From Motilibacteraceae bacterium (lineage in GTDB: Bacteria > Actinomycetota > Actinomycetes > Motilibacterales > Motilibacteraceae): DNA of 64,000 nucleotides. Position 1 is the first letter of the stretch. The number at the start of each line of letters is the position of its first letter. Positions 17,919-27,055 of this stretch are shown in pieces. The translations under genes were made by a program, and so were the position numbers. A model generated the notes under the pieces. The model saw only the letters and a list, made by a program, of their open reading frames with translations. It ran no database searches and was not told the DNA's origin. The stretch spans positions 13,319 through 77,318 of the forward strand of contig JBQCHF010000072.1 of NCBI GenBank assembly GCA_051954955.1. The letters run 5' to 3'.

Positions 17919-18652
17919 GGCAGCAGCACCTCCCGGGCCCGCTGCAGCGCGGTCTCCAGCCGAGCGTCCACCCGGGTGGCGTCGCAGTCCGCGACGGCGC
18001 TGCCGGGGCCGACCGACGGGTCGGCGGCGAGCACCACCTCCCGACCGTCGACCAGCAGCTCCGACGACCGGTCGGAGGTCCCGACGAGGGCGGCGTGGTC
18101 GGCCGGGTTGAGCCGCACCAGCACGCGTGACCCCTCGGGGGCCAGGTCGAGCGCGCGCCGCAGCGCGGCCCGGCCGGGCTCGGGGTCCAGGGCCACCTCA
18201 CGGCCGAGCACCGCGGCGGCCAGCGCCAGCGCAGCCTCCACGACGGCGTCGCGCACCTCCTCGGCCTGCGGGAGGGCGCGGCGCTCCAGCTCACCGGCCG
18301 CGCGTACCACCGCGTCCATCGCGCGGTGGAAGGACAGGCTGCGCGATGCCTCGGTGGCCTCCTGGGCGGCGGCCAGCGCGGCGGCGCGCTGCGCGGCGTC
18401 GGCGAGGGCGGCCGCCTGCCCGGCCGCCCAGCCCTCGGCGTAGCCCTGGGCGCGGGCAGCGGTGCGGACCTCCTCGGCCGCCTCCTCGAAGGCGGCCTCC
18501 AGACGCGGGTCGGCCAGCCGCGGGTCCAGCCGCACCGAGCCGTCGGCCGCGCGGAGGAACCGGCTGTGTCGCAGGTCGGCGTCGAGCCGGGCCGGGGCGA
18601 AGGCGGCCGCTGCCGCCCCGCGCAGCACCGGCGCCTCAGGCGACGAACTCAT
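17915..18652 (-). CDS. fliH: Flagellar assembly protein FliH
   Basis: I start at ATG 18652 (MSSSPEAP...), which overlaps the fliG 3' end by 17 nt. The Ala/Glu-rich coiled coil includes GYAEGWAAGQAAA, and the C-terminus reads ...RVLVRLNPADHAAL...VDARLETALQRAREVL. There is a 4-nt overlap with the fliI start. Confidence 0.75.
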   Translation of the reverse strand: MSSSPEAPVLRGAAAAAFAPARLDADLRHSRFLRAADGSVRLDPRLADPRLEAAFEEAAEEVRTAARAQGYAEGWAAGQAAALADAAQRAAALAAAQEATEASRSLSFHRAMDAVVRAAGELERRALPQAEEVRDAVVEAALALAAAVLGREVALDPEPGRAALRRALDLAPEGSRVLVRLNPADHAALVGTSDRSSELLVDGREVVLAADPSVGPGSAVADCDATRVDARLETALQRAREVLLP

Positions 18653-19649
18653 CGTCCGACCCGCGACGCACGACCAGCTGACCGGCCTCCTCCAGGCCAC
18701 GGATGGCCTGGACGATCTTCATCTGCGACTCCTCGACGGTGCGCAGGCGCACCGGGCCGAGCATCTCGATCTCGTCGGCGAGGTTCTCCGCCGCGCGCTC
18801 GGACAGGTTGCGCATGACCTTCTCGCGCACGTCTTCGCGCACGCCCTTGAGCGCGGTGGCCAGGTCCGCGGTCTCGACCTGGCGCAGGACCAGCTGCACG
18901 CCGCGGTCGTCGAGGCTCACGATGTCCTCGAACATGAACATGCGGCTGCGGACCTCTTCGGCCAGCGCCGGGTCGCGGCCCTCGAGTCCCTCGAGGATGA
19001 GCCGCTCGGTGGCGCGGTCGCTGCGGTTGATGATCTCGACCAGCGGGGTGAGGCCGCCGATCTCGGACAGGTCCGCCGGCTGCAGCACCGAGGAGAGCTT
19101 GCGCTCCAGCGTCCGCTCCACCTGTTTGATGATGTCCGGCGAGGTGCGGTCCATCACCGCGATGCGGTGCGCGACGTCGGCCTGCAGCTCCGGGGCGAGC
19201 CCGGACAGGATGGTGGAGGCCTGGTCCGCGGTCATGTGCGCCAGCACCAGCGCGATGGTCTGCGGGTGCTCGTCCTGCAGGAAGGACAGCACCTGGCGCG
19301 GATCGGCGCGGTGCAGGAACTGGAACGGCATCTCCATCACCGCAGCGGAGAGCCGGCCGAGGATCTCCCCGGCGCGGCCCTCACCGAGGCTGGCCTCGAG
19401 GACCTCCTGGGCGAAACCGAAGCCACCCTGCCCGACGTAGCGCCGGGCGGTGAGGAGCTGGTGGAACTCGGTGACGACCTCGTCGGCCTCGGTGGGGTCG
19501 AGCTGCTGCAGCCGCACGATCTCGGCCATCAGCTCCTCGACCTCGGACTCGCGCATCTCCGCGAGCACCTTGGTGGTGGCCTCGCGGCCCATCTGCACGA
19601 GCAGGATCGCGGCCTTGCGCACGCCGCTCCCGGTCATGGTGCCGGCCAT
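18636..19649 (-). CDS. fliG: Flagellar motor switch protein FliG
   Basis: Sequence: GVRKAAILLVQMGREATTKVLAEMRESEVEELMAEI...MPFQFL...VETADLATALKGVREDVREKVMRNLSERAAENLADEIEMLGPVRL. Confidence 0.95.
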   Translation of the reverse strand: MAGTMTGSGVRKAAILLVQMGREATTKVLAEMRESEVEELMAEIVRLQQLDPTEADEVVTEFHQLLTARRYVGQGGFGFAQEVLEASLGEGRAGEILGRLSAAVMEMPFQFLHRADPRQVLSFLQDEHPQTIALVLAHMTADQASTILSGLAPELQADVAHRIAVMDRTSPDIIKQVERTLERKLSSVLQPADLSEIGGLTPLVEIINRSDRATERLILEGLEGRDPALAEEVRSRMFMFEDIVSLDDRGVQLVLRQVETADLATALKGVREDVREKVMRNLSERAAENLADEIEMLGPVRLRTVEESQMKIVQAIRGLEEAGQLVVRRGSDDEFVA

Positions 19650-19652
19650 GGC

Positions 19653-21275
19653 TCAGCCCCTCCGGTCCGCGAGCCAGCCGCGCAGGAGCTGCGCGACCTC
19701 CTCCGGCTGCTGCTGCACCAGCTGGCCGATCTCGTCACGGGCCAAGGCGGCCAGCTGCGCAGCCGGGTCCGGCGCCGGGGCCGGGTCGAGCGCCGCGATG
19801 GCGACGTTGCCGGTGCCGGTCAGCTCGCCGGCCGGCTGGACGTTGGCCAGCTCCAGGCTGCGCTGGAGGGCCTCGATCTGCAGCCGCTCCTCCGGGCTCA
19901 GGGCGGGCGCCTTGCGGCGCTTGCGGCCGGCGAGCAGGGCGTAGAGGACCACCAGCACGACCAGGCCGACCAGGCCGCCGGTCTTGATCAGCGACATCCG
20001 CGACGCCGTCTGCTCCGCCTTCTTGGCCTCGGCCAGCTGGGTCTGGGCGTCCTTCTCCGCGCTCTGGTCGAACGGCATCCGGCTGACCTGGATGGTGTCG
20101 CCACGGCTGGCGGTGATGCCGGCCGCGCTGGCCACCAGGGCCTGCACCTGGGCCGGGTCGATGGTGCCGGCGGTACGGGTGTCCAGCAGCACCGCCACGT
20201 TGAGCTTGCGCACCGTGCCGGGGGCGGACTTGCGCTGCTCCACCACCTTGCCGACGGCGTTGTTCACCGTGGCCGAGTCCTTCTGGTAGGTGTTCGCGCC
20301 CGGGGTGGCGCTGCCGGCCGGCACGGAGATGTTGTCCGGGCCGAGCACGCCGCCGACAGCCGTTCCGCCGGCACCGGACCACTTCTCGGTCGTCGTGCTG
20401 CTGGCCACCGGCGGCACGGTCTTGTCGTAGACGTACTTCTCGGTGGTGGTGTCGGTGCTGTCGTAGTCGAGGTCGGCGGTGAGGCGGACCACGCTGTGGC
20501 CAGGGCCGACGACGCGGTCGAGCATGTCCTGCAGGGACTGGCTCATCCGGTCCTCGTAGGACCGGGTCTGGTCGCCGCGGGTGTCCGCGCCGGCGCCACC
20601 GGCGGTGCCCTGGGCGGAGAGCACGCGGCCCTTGCCGTCGGCCACGGTCACCATGTCCGGCGTCAGGCCCGGCACGCTGGAGGCGACCAGGTTGGTCACC
20701 GCCTGCACCTGCTGGCTGGTCAGGTCCTGCCCGGCCTTGGTCCGCACCAGCACCGACGCCGTGGGCTTGTCGCTCTCCTTGGTGAAGACGTCCTTCTGCG
20801 GGATGGCGAGGTTCACCACCGCGGCGTCGACGCCCTGGATCGACTGGATCGTCTTGGCCAGCTCGCCTTCCAGGGCCCGCTGGTAGGCCACCTGCTGCTG
20901 GAACTGCGAGGACGTCATGCCCTGCTTGTCCAGCAGCGCCCAGCTGGAGGAGTCGCTGGCCGGCAGACCCTGCCCGCTCATCTGCAGCCGGACGCCGTCC
21001 ACCTGCCCCTGCGGCACCAGGATGGTCGAGCCGCCGTTGGCCAGCTTGTAGGGCGTGCCGGCGCTGTTGAGCTTGTCCACGATCGCCGAGGCGTCCGAGG
21101 CCGCGAGGTTGGAGAACAGCGGCGCGTAGGTGGGCGTGGAGGCCCAGCGGTTGAACAACAGCGCCCCGAGCGCTAGGCCGATCACCGCGAGCACGGTGAC
21201 GACCTTCTGGCCGAGGGTGAAGTCTCCGAAGGTGCGGCCGGCCCGCCGGGCCGCGCCGAGCAGGTTCTGGCCCAT
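19653..21275 (-). CDS. fliF: Flagellar MS-ring protein FliF
   Basis: N-terminal TM, then a YscJ/FliF domain (YAPLFSNLAASDASAIVDKLNSAGTPYKLANGGSTILVPQGQV), a second TM near the C-terminus, and a FliG-binding tail. Confidence 0.95.
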   Translation of the reverse strand: MGQNLLGAARRAGRTFGDFTLGQKVVTVLAVIGLALGALLFNRWASTPTYAPLFSNLAASDASAIVDKLNSAGTPYKLANGGSTILVPQGQVDGVRLQMSGQGLPASDSSSWALLDKQGMTSSQFQQQVAYQRALEGELAKTIQSIQGVDAAVVNLAIPQKDVFTKESDKPTASVLVRTKAGQDLTSQQVQAVTNLVASSVPGLTPDMVTVADGKGRVLSAQGTAGGAGADTRGDQTRSYEDRMSQSLQDMLDRVVGPGHSVVRLTADLDYDSTDTTTEKYVYDKTVPPVASSTTTEKWSGAGGTAVGGVLGPDNISVPAGSATPGANTYQKDSATVNNAVGKVVEQRKSAPGTVRKLNVAVLLDTRTAGTIDPAQVQALVASAAGITASRGDTIQVSRMPFDQSAEKDAQTQLAEAKKAEQTASRMSLIKTGGLVGLVVLVVLYALLAGRKRRKAPALSPEERLQIEALQRSLELANVQPAGELTGTGNVAIAALDPAPAPDPAAQLAALARDEIGQLVQQQPEEVAQLLRGWLADRRG

Positions 21276-21592
21276 CAGATCTGCATCCGCATGATCTCGT
21301 TGAACGCGTCGACGGCCTTGTTGCGCAGGGTCACCGCGAGGTCGGTGGCCAGCTGCGCCTGGGTCGCCGCGATCGTGTAGTCGTGGACGTCCTTGAGGTC
21401 GCCGGTGGCGGCCTGCACCGCGAGGGTGTCCGCGTTGGCCTGGGTGGCCTGCAGGCTGTCGACACCCTTGGCCAGAATGCTGGCGAAGTCGGCACCCCCG
21501 GCGCCGTTCACGTTCTGGGCCTGCTGCACCGGCGCGGCCGCGGCCAGCGGCGCCACCGGGGCGATCGGCAGGCTGATCGGCGAGATGCTCAC
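21275..21592 (-). CDS. fliE: Flagellar hook-basal body protein FliE
   Basis: 105 aa. Sequence: [70 protein letters not shown]. Confidence 0.85.
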   Translation of the reverse strand: MSISPISLPIAPVAPLAAAAPVQQAQNVNGAGGADFASILAKGVDSLQATQANADTLAVQAATGDLKDVHDYTIAATQAQLATDLAVTLRNKAVDAFNEIMRMQI

Positions 21593-21999
21593 GCGCCCCT
21601 CCCGAGCTGGATCGCGGACGTGTAGGCCTCCTGGGCCGCCTTGACGACCTGCAGGTTCGCCTCGTAGCCGCGCTGGGCCATGATCAGCTGGGTCATCTGG
21701 GACCCGAGGTCGATGTCCGGCAACCTCACGTTGCCATCCTTGTCGGCCAGCGGGTTCTGCGGGTCGTAGACCACCCGGCCCTGGGCCGAGCCGAGCTTCA
21801 CCCCGGCGACGTCGACACCGCCGTCGCCGCTGCCGTACTCGCGGGCCTGGGCGACGACGTAGCGGGCCTGGAAGGCGTTCTCATTGGTCGGCTTGACGGT
21901 GTTGATGTTGGCGATGTTGTCCGAGACCGCGTCGAGCCACTTGCGGTAGACGGTCACGCCGCTCGCGCTGATCCCCAGCGCCCCGAAGAGGCCGCTCAC
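21589..21999 (-). CDS. flgC: Flagellar proximal rod protein FlgC
   Basis: Sequence: [24 protein letters not shown]...[25 protein letters not shown]. Confidence 0.95.
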   Translation of the reverse strand: MSGLFGALGISASGVTVYRKWLDAVSDNIANINTVKPTNENAFQARYVVAQAREYGSGDGGVDVAGVKLGSAQGRVVYDPQNPLADKDGNVRLPDIDLGSQMTQLIMAQRGYEANLQVVKAAQEAYTSAIQLGRGA

Positions 22000-22355
22000 G
22001 AGGTCCTCATCGCCGAACGGAGCACCGAGAACTGGTTGTCCATCGCCCGCAGCGCCAGCTGATAGCGCATCCCGGTGTCGATGTTGGACAGCGTCTCCTC
22101 GTCGAGGTTGACGTTGTTACCGTCCTCGCGGGTGGGCTCCAGCGAGCGGGCCACCGACGGCGCCACCGCAGGGCTCTGGCCGCTCGCGACGGCGTCCTTG
22201 AGGGCGGACTCGAACTGGACCTTGCCGGCCAGGAACCCGGGAGTCTGGATGTTGGCGATGTTGTCGGCAATGGTGCGCTGCCGCATGGCCAGACCGTTGA
22301 GCGCGCTGTGCAGCGCGACGGTCGTCACGTCATCGAACACGAAGGAACTCGCCAC
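21996..22355 (-). CDS. flgB: Flagellar proximal rod protein FlgB
   Basis: Sequence: LNGLAMRQRTIADNIANIQTPGF...NNVNLDEETLSNIDTGMRYQLALRAMDNQF. First gene of the long co-directional operon. Confidence 0.9.
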   Translation of the reverse strand: MASSFVFDDVTTVALHSALNGLAMRQRTIADNIANIQTPGFLAGKVQFESALKDAVASGQSPAVAPSVARSLEPTREDGNNVNLDEETLSNIDTGMRYQLALRAMDNQFSVLRSAMRTS

Positions 22356-22427
22356 CAGTTCGTCGGAGGTGCCGAAAAGGGGTCCGCCGAATCCGTGGCG
22401 GGTGCGAGCGATCCGTGCTCAGTGTGT

Positions 22428-22454
22428 TGATCGGCCGGGCCGGTCAGGATCTGA
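22428..22454 (-). promoter_or_regulatory. Candidate sigma-28 (FliA)-type promoter of the flgB operon
   Basis: Minus-strand sequence is TCAG-atcctgaccggcccg-GCCGATCA, 73 nt upstream of the flgB start. The same 4-mer, the same 15-nt spacer and the same GCCGA core occur upstream of fliC and flgN. The enteric/Bacillus consensus is TAAA-N15-GCCGATAA. Confidence 0.5.
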
Positions 22455-22483
22455 AGCAGACCAACCGGTGTACCGGGATGGAT

Positions 22484-23596
22484 TCAGCCGGCGAGCAGAG
22501 CGAGGTCCTCGCTCACGTCGATGCCCCGGCGCGCCGCCTCGTCCAGAGCCACCCTGGCCGCGCAGGCATCGCCGAGGACTGCTCGGGCCAGCGCCAAAGA
22601 GCGCCAGGCCGCTCCACTTCCCCAGCGTCTGCCGGAAGCATCGATCAACTCATCCACGGAGACGCAGCCCTCGAGAATCGTCGCTCCCTCGACCGCCGCT
22701 CCCGCGAGCACCATCGCCTGACCGCGCAGGTGGTCGCAGTAGGCGGCCTGCACCCCGTGCTCGCGCAGGTGCTCGGTGAGGGCCAGGACGAGGTCGTGCT
22801 CACCCGCCCCTATCAGCAGCCGAGCCATGAAGTCCGCGGCGGACAGTCCGGGGAGCCCCTCGGGGTCGAGCGCCTGCGCCTGTCCGAGGACCTCCAGAGC
22901 CTGCTGCCGGCGGCCGGCGGCGATGAGCGAACGCCCCAGATCGAGCAACAGCGCGGCTCGTCGACGCGGAGGTGCCTGCTCGGGAAGGTTCTCCAGCTCG
23001 ACCGCCAAGAGCTCGGCATTCCGCAGACCCTTCGCCTCGTCGTCAGCGGGGTTCGCGTAGCCATGGTGAACGAGCATCCCTACCTCGGGCGGCAGCAAGG
23101 GCCCAGAGGCCAGTTCGCCATGCACGTCGACGAGCTGTTCATGAGCGGCGCCCGCGTAACGCATCTCGCCTGGGCGGTAGAGCCGTGAGGACTCGATGGT
23201 CCAGCCCTCTCGCCCAGATCCCTCTGCTGCGACATTGCGAACCAGGAGTCGCGGGGCGACATTGGCGGGCTGCCCGCTCAGTGCGGTCCGCAGGGCATTG
23301 CCGTCGGATACCAGTTCCTCGTCGGCATCCACCACGAGGACCCATTCGACAGGATGCTTCTGCGCAGCCAGCGCAGCCGCGGCGTTTCGTGCCGCCGAGA
23401 AGTCGTCCGTCCAGGGGACGTCCACGACGGTCGCCCCGGCCCGCGAGGCCAGCTCACAGGAGCTGTCCGAGGAGCCCGTGTCGGCCACGACCACGGCATC
23501 ACAGGCCTTGAGCAGGGGGGGCAGGGACCGTGGAAGGGTCGCCTCCTCGTCCTTGACGATGAGCACGGCCACCAGGGACGCCATGGAAGTGCTCAC
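22484..23596 (-). CDS. Family-2 (GT-A) glycosyltransferase with a C-terminal helical/TPR-like domain; candidate flagellin glycosyltransferase
   Basis: GT2 signature: VAVLIVKDEEATLPRSLPPLLKACDAVVVADTGSSDSSCELASRAGATVVDVPWTDDFSAARNAAAALA...WVLVVDADEEL (DxD). The C-terminal half is Ala/Leu-rich helical repeats. GTG 23596 forms a GTGA overlap with the upstream stop; an alternative ATG is at 23584. Many non-GC third positions compared with neighbouring genes. Confidence 0.75.
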   Translation of the reverse strand: MSTSMASLVAVLIVKDEEATLPRSLPPLLKACDAVVVADTGSSDSSCELASRAGATVVDVPWTDDFSAARNAAAALAAQKHPVEWVLVVDADEELVSDGNALRTALSGQPANVAPRLLVRNVAAEGSGREGWTIESSRLYRPGEMRYAGAAHEQLVDVHGELASGPLLPPEVGMLVHHGYANPADDEAKGLRNAELLAVELENLPEQAPPRRRAALLLDLGRSLIAAGRRQQALEVLGQAQALDPEGLPGLSAADFMARLLIGAGEHDLVLALTEHLREHGVQAAYCDHLRGQAMVLAGAAVEGATILEGCVSVDELIDASGRRWGSGAAWRSLALARAVLGDACAARVALDEAARRGIDVSEDLALLAG

Positions 23597-23916
23597 AAGC
23601 TGGCGTCGACGTAGACGGGGATCTCTCGGCGTGCACCCGAGCCGAGCTGCCGGACGTAGGCCGCGTGGCGACGGTTGCCCAGCATCGTGTGGGCGATCTC
23701 CGCAGACACGGCGAGCTGGCGGTCGAGGATGTCGCGAGCGCGCTCGAGGAGGTGCGACGGCAGCGGACCGGGCAGCTGCGGAGGGATCCACTGCGGCTGC
23801 TGCAGCGGAGGTTCCAGCGGGTCGTGGCCCCGCAGCAGGGCCTCGGCGCGGTCGACCTCCAGCTCGAGCTCGTCGAGCGCGGCGACCCAGGCCGCGTGGA
23901 AGTCGGCCGAGCTCAC
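23593..23916 (-). CDS. Hypothetical 107-aa helical protein of the flagellar late operon
   Basis: GTG 23916 lies 2 nt after the fliS stop, and the gene's own stop overlaps the GT start. Sequence: VSSADFHAAWVAALDELELEVDRAEALL...LLERARDILDRQLAVSAEIAHTML... I recognise no family. The upstream part of the track ORF (to 24015) overlaps fliS. Confidence 0.55.
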   Translation of the reverse strand: MSSADFHAAWVAALDELELEVDRAEALLRGHDPLEPPLQQPQWIPPQLPGPLPSHLLERARDILDRQLAVSAEIAHTMLGNRRHAAYVRQLGSGARREIPVYVDASL

Positions 23917-23917
23917 G

Positions 23918-24316
23918 TCAGGCTCCCGACCCCTCGGCGGCGACCTGCCGAGCTGCCTCATGCCAAGCGTCACGCAGAGGCTCGACAAGGGCACGGCAGG
24001 CCGACGTCGCGGCAAGGTCGTTCTGCACGTTCGCGCGGATCAGCTCGGTGTGGAGGAAAGTGTAGATCGATGCGAGCGCGGGCCCGCCCTCCCAAAGCTC
24101 GGGTCGGAGCCCGTCCTGCAGCGCGATGACGATGTCCTGCGCGTGGACCAGCTGATCGTTGGCCTTCTCCCGATCCCCTGCCTGCTGTGCCAGCTCGGCG
24201 CGCTCGAGGTCGAGCACGAGGCGGTCGTAGAGCATGGTCAGCAGCTTGGCAGGGGAAGCCGTTGTCACGCCGGAGCTGACGTATCGAGCTCGTAGGGCTG
24301 TCCCGTTCACGGTCAC
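23918..24316 (-). CDS. fliS: Flagellin-specific export chaperone FliS
   Basis: Sequence: ASPAKLLTMLYDRLVLDLERAE...KANDQLVHAQDIVIALQDGL...GGPALASIYTFLHTELIRANVQND. Confidence 0.9.
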   Translation of the reverse strand: MTVNGTALRARYVSSGVTTASPAKLLTMLYDRLVLDLERAELAQQAGDREKANDQLVHAQDIVIALQDGLRPELWEGGPALASIYTFLHTELIRANVQNDLAATSACRALVEPLRDAWHEAARQVAAEGSGA

Positions 24317-24334
24317 GCCTTTCCTCTCACCTTG

Positions 24335-25654
24335 TCAGCCCGTAGGTAGGGACGCGATCTGGCCGGCCAGCCAGTTGCCCTGGTCCTTGAGCTTGCCGAG
24401 GGCGACCTCGAGATTGCTGAACTGCAGCTGGAGCGCCTGCTGACGCTGGGTCAGCCGCACGTCCCAGTTCGAGATCTGGTCGTTGAGGTCGCGGATATCG
24501 GAATTTCGGCCGTTGATGGCCGTCGTGATGGAACCGGTCACCGAGTCAGTGGCCTTCGTCGCGATGCTCGTGAAGGACGTTGCGAGCGACTGCACGGTCG
24601 ACTGAGCCTTCGCCGGATCGGTGGCGTAGAGGTCGAGGAACTTCTGCCGGTCGAAGGTGACGTTCCCGTCCCGGTCGACTGAGAGACCGGCCAGGGAGGA
24701 GCCACCGGCGCTCGACGTCCCGGGGGCGCCCGCGATGGACTGTGCGATGAGCCGGACGCCGAGATCACCGTTGAGCGGCGCCCCGCTCTTGGTCGCGCTG
24801 TTCCAAGCGGTCTGGTTGGTGATCTCCTTGGTTGCCGCGTTCGCGGCGGTGACCATCGCCTGGACCTTGTCCGCGAGGGCACCTGGGTCGGTCGCGACGG
24901 TGACCGTGCTCGTCACCCCCGCCGCACCGACAGTGAAGCTCGTGCCCTGCAGGACGTCGGAGAAGGTGTTGGTGGACGAGGTCACCTGGTAGCCAACGGC
25001 TCCGGTGCCGGTCCCGCCGATGCTCAGGACGGCGTCGCTGCCGCCCACAGCGCGCTGGTAGGAGCCGAGCGCACCGAGGGAGAGGGCGGAACCGCCGGTG
25101 AAATCGCTCGCCGCCCCTGTGCTGCCCGCGGTCAACGACAGGTGGTAAAGACCGTCGCTCGTCTTGACTGCGGAGGCACGCACAGAAAGCCCGGCGTTGT
25201 TGATGGAGGAAACCACGTCGTTCAGGGAGGAACCCGTCACGGTCACGGTGCCCGGGCTCGCCCCAGCGAAGGTGATGGTGTCTCCGGCATTCCATACGGC
25301 AGCTGTCGGGTCGGCGACGCCTCCAGTGCTGATCCCGCTCTCCGCAGCGGCCACCGCATCGACGTGGAACGTGAGGGACCCCGGGGTCGCGGACGACGTC
25401 GACGCCACCGTGACGGAGCTGTCGCTGCTGGTGCCCTTGGCCGCGACGAAGCCGCCGACGGCCGTGAGGGCCTCCGCCGCAGTCTGCAGCGCCGAGAGCC
25501 GGCTGTTCACCGACTGGTAGCTCGACACCGCCTGCTGAGCCGCCGAGACCTTGGCCTTCAGCGCTGTCTGCGGGGCCGCTTCCACCTGCATGAGCTGGGA
25601 GATCAGCTGCGAGGTGTTGAGGCCGGAGACGAGCCCGTCGACGCTCGTGCTCAT
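24335..25654 (-). CDS. fliD: Flagellar filament cap protein FliD
   Basis: N-terminus VDGLVSGLNTSQLISQLMQVEAAPQTALKAKVSAAQQAVSSYQSVNSRLSAL. C-terminus ...ISNWDVRLTQRQQALQLQFSNLEVALGKLKDQGNWL. Confidence 0.9.
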   Translation of the reverse strand: MSTSVDGLVSGLNTSQLISQLMQVEAAPQTALKAKVSAAQQAVSSYQSVNSRLSALQTAAEALTAVGGFVAAKGTSSDSSVTVASTSSATPGSLTFHVDAVAAAESGISTGGVADPTAAVWNAGDTITFAGASPGTVTVTGSSLNDVVSSINNAGLSVRASAVKTSDGLYHLSLTAGSTGAASDFTGGSALSLGALGSYQRAVGGSDAVLSIGGTGTGAVGYQVTSSTNTFSDVLQGTSFTVGAAGVTSTVTVATDPGALADKVQAMVTAANAATKEITNQTAWNSATKSGAPLNGDLGVRLIAQSIAGAPGTSSAGGSSLAGLSVDRDGNVTFDRQKFLDLYATDPAKAQSTVQSLATSFTSIATKATDSVTGSITTAINGRNSDIRDLNDQISNWDVRLTQRQQALQLQFSNLEVALGKLKDQGNWLAGQIASLPTG

Positions 25655-26007
25655 GAACGCTGTTCTCCTCGCTCGAGCCCAAGGCGCGTGCGCGCCAGGC
25701 TCGCCTCGATCGCTCGAACCACCTGCTCTGGCGGAAGCTGGAGCAGCGTCTGCCCGGTCTCGGGATCTAGCACCGAGGTGACGGGGAGACCGTCCCGCTG
25801 CTCGATCCGCACCGCCATGCTCGGCCGTACGGCAGCCTCCAGCCGCACGCGAATCGCGGCTCGCTGGTGCTGCTCGACCGGCACGTCTCTCCCGTCGGCG
25901 GCCGGCCGCTCGACCTGAGGAACGGGGGGGCGCGGGAACGTGGGTCGTGCGGCTGCGCGCGCATTCTCGATCGGTTGTGACACGGATGGAACCTGCACGT
26001 GCGACAC
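25651..26007 (-). CDS. flaG: FlaG-family flagellar protein
   Basis: The C-terminal half, VRIEQRDGLPVTSVLDPETGQTLLQLPPEQVVRAIE, matches the FlaG pattern (...D.etgEvirQiPpEe.l). GTG 25998 is the more likely start, because GAAGGAGG sits about 9 nt upstream. Confidence 0.7.
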   Translation of the reverse strand: MSHVQVPSVSQPIENARAAARPTFPRPPVPQVERPAADGRDVPVEQHQRAAIRVRLEAAVRPSMAVRIEQRDGLPVTSVLDPETGQTLLQLPPEQVVRAIEASLARTRLGLERGEQRS

Positions 26008-26023
26008 CTCCTTCGACGCGTGC

Positions 26024-26053
26024 GGGGCGGCCGGCTGGTGCCGACCGCCCCGA
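26024..26053 (-). terminator. Hairpin 20 nt downstream of the fliC stop (flagellin terminator/attenuator)
   Basis: Plus-strand sequence: CGGGGCGGCCGG-ctggtg-CCGACCGCCCCG. This is a 12-position stem. Its one C.A position becomes a G.U wobble in minus-sense RNA. No U-tract follows, and the flaG SD follows immediately. Confidence 0.55.
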
Positions 26054-26073
26054 CGTGCGCCCTACGGCGTGGC

Positions 26074-26958
26074 CTAGCGGAGCAGGGACAGCACGCCCTG
26101 CGGCGCCTGGTTCGCCTGCGCGAGCATGGCCGTGCCGGCCTGCGACAGGATCTGCGACCTGGTGAAGCTCACCATCTCCGACGCCATGTCGGTGTCACGG
26201 ATCCGGCTCTCCGACGCCGACAGGTTCTCGACGGCGACGTTGAGGTTGTTGATCGTGTGCTCGAACCGGTTCTGCGAGGCACCGAGCTTCGCACGGACGG
26301 TGGAGACGTCCTTGATGGCCTCGTCGATCTGGGTGATCGCAGACTGAGCACCCGTCGTAGAGGTCAGGGCCAGGCCCGACGTCTTCAGGCCCGCCGAGTC
26401 GAAGCCCGAGATCGCAGTGGCACCAGTGGCGGCGGTGAAGCCAGTGATCATGCCGCTGGCACCACTCGTGACGTCGATCGTGATCTGGTCGTTCGTGGTG
26501 TTGTTGGCGCCGACCTGGAAGGTGCCCTTGTAGTTGCCGTCCAGCAGCTTGGTGCCGCCGAACGCCGTGGTCTTGGCGATGCGGTCGAGCTCCTTGTTCA
26601 GCTCCTGGAACTCGGTGTCCGCGGCGGCCTGGGCGGTGGAGTCCTGCGAGCCGGAGTTCGCCGCCTGCACGGACAGGTCGCGCATGCGCTGGAGGATGCT
26701 GGTGGTCTCGTTGAGCGCACCTTCAGCGGTCTGAGCGACCGAGATGCCGTCCTGGGCGTTGCGGACGGCGACCTTGAGGCCACCGATCTGCGAGCGCAGA
26801 CCCTCGGACACCGAGAGGCCGGCCGCGTCGTCGGCGGCACGGTTGATGCGGAAGCCGCTGGACAGCTTCTCCAGGGACTTCTCCATCTGGCCCTGCGTCA
26901 CCGACAGGTTCCGGTAGGCGTTGAAGGCCGCGATGTTCTGGTTGATGCGGAGACCCAT
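26074..26958 (-). CDS. fliC: Flagellin
   Basis: N-terminus [59 protein letters not shown]-terminus ...[35 protein letters not shown]. The variable domain is short and Ser/Thr/Gly-rich. 294 aa. Confidence 0.97.
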   Translation of the reverse strand: MGLRINQNIAAFNAYRNLSVTQGQMEKSLEKLSSGFRINRAADDAAGLSVSEGLRSQIGGLKVAVRNAQDGISVAQTAEGALNETTSILQRMRDLSVQAANSGSQDSTAQAAADTEFQELNKELDRIAKTTAFGGTKLLDGNYKGTFQVGANNTTNDQITIDVTSGASGMITGFTAATGATAISGFDSAGLKTSGLALTSTTGAQSAITQIDEAIKDVSTVRAKLGASQNRFEHTINNLNVAVENLSASESRIRDTDMASEMVSFTRSQILSQAGTAMLAQANQAPQGVLSLLR

Positions 26959-26963
26959 GATGA

Positions 26964-27007
26964 TCCTCCTTGAATCGGGTCCGTTGCTCCCGGGCCGTCC
27001 GTGGCCC
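26964..27007 (-). promoter_or_regulatory. fliC 5' leader with three GGA motifs; candidate CsrA binding sites
   Basis: Minus-sense leader: GGGCC-ACGGAC-GGCCC (5-bp stem with GGA in a hexaloop, 27007..26992). Then CGGG-AGCAACGGA-CCCG (second ACGGAC, 26984..26979). Then CAAGGAGGA, the SD at 26970..26964, 5 nt before the ATG. Confidence 0.45.
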
Positions 27008-27018
27008 GTTCGCTCTGA

Positions 27019-27045
27019 CAGTCGGCGCCTGGTCCAGGCGCCTGA
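27019..27045 (-). promoter_or_regulatory. Candidate sigma-28 (FliA)-type promoter of fliC
   Basis: Minus-strand sequence is TCAG-gcgcctggaccaggc-GCCGACTG, 61 nt upstream of the fliC ATG and 11 nt after the fliA stop. The spacer consists of a 9-bp perfect inverted repeat (27024..27042). Confidence 0.5.
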
Positions 27046-27055
27046 GGGGGAAGCT

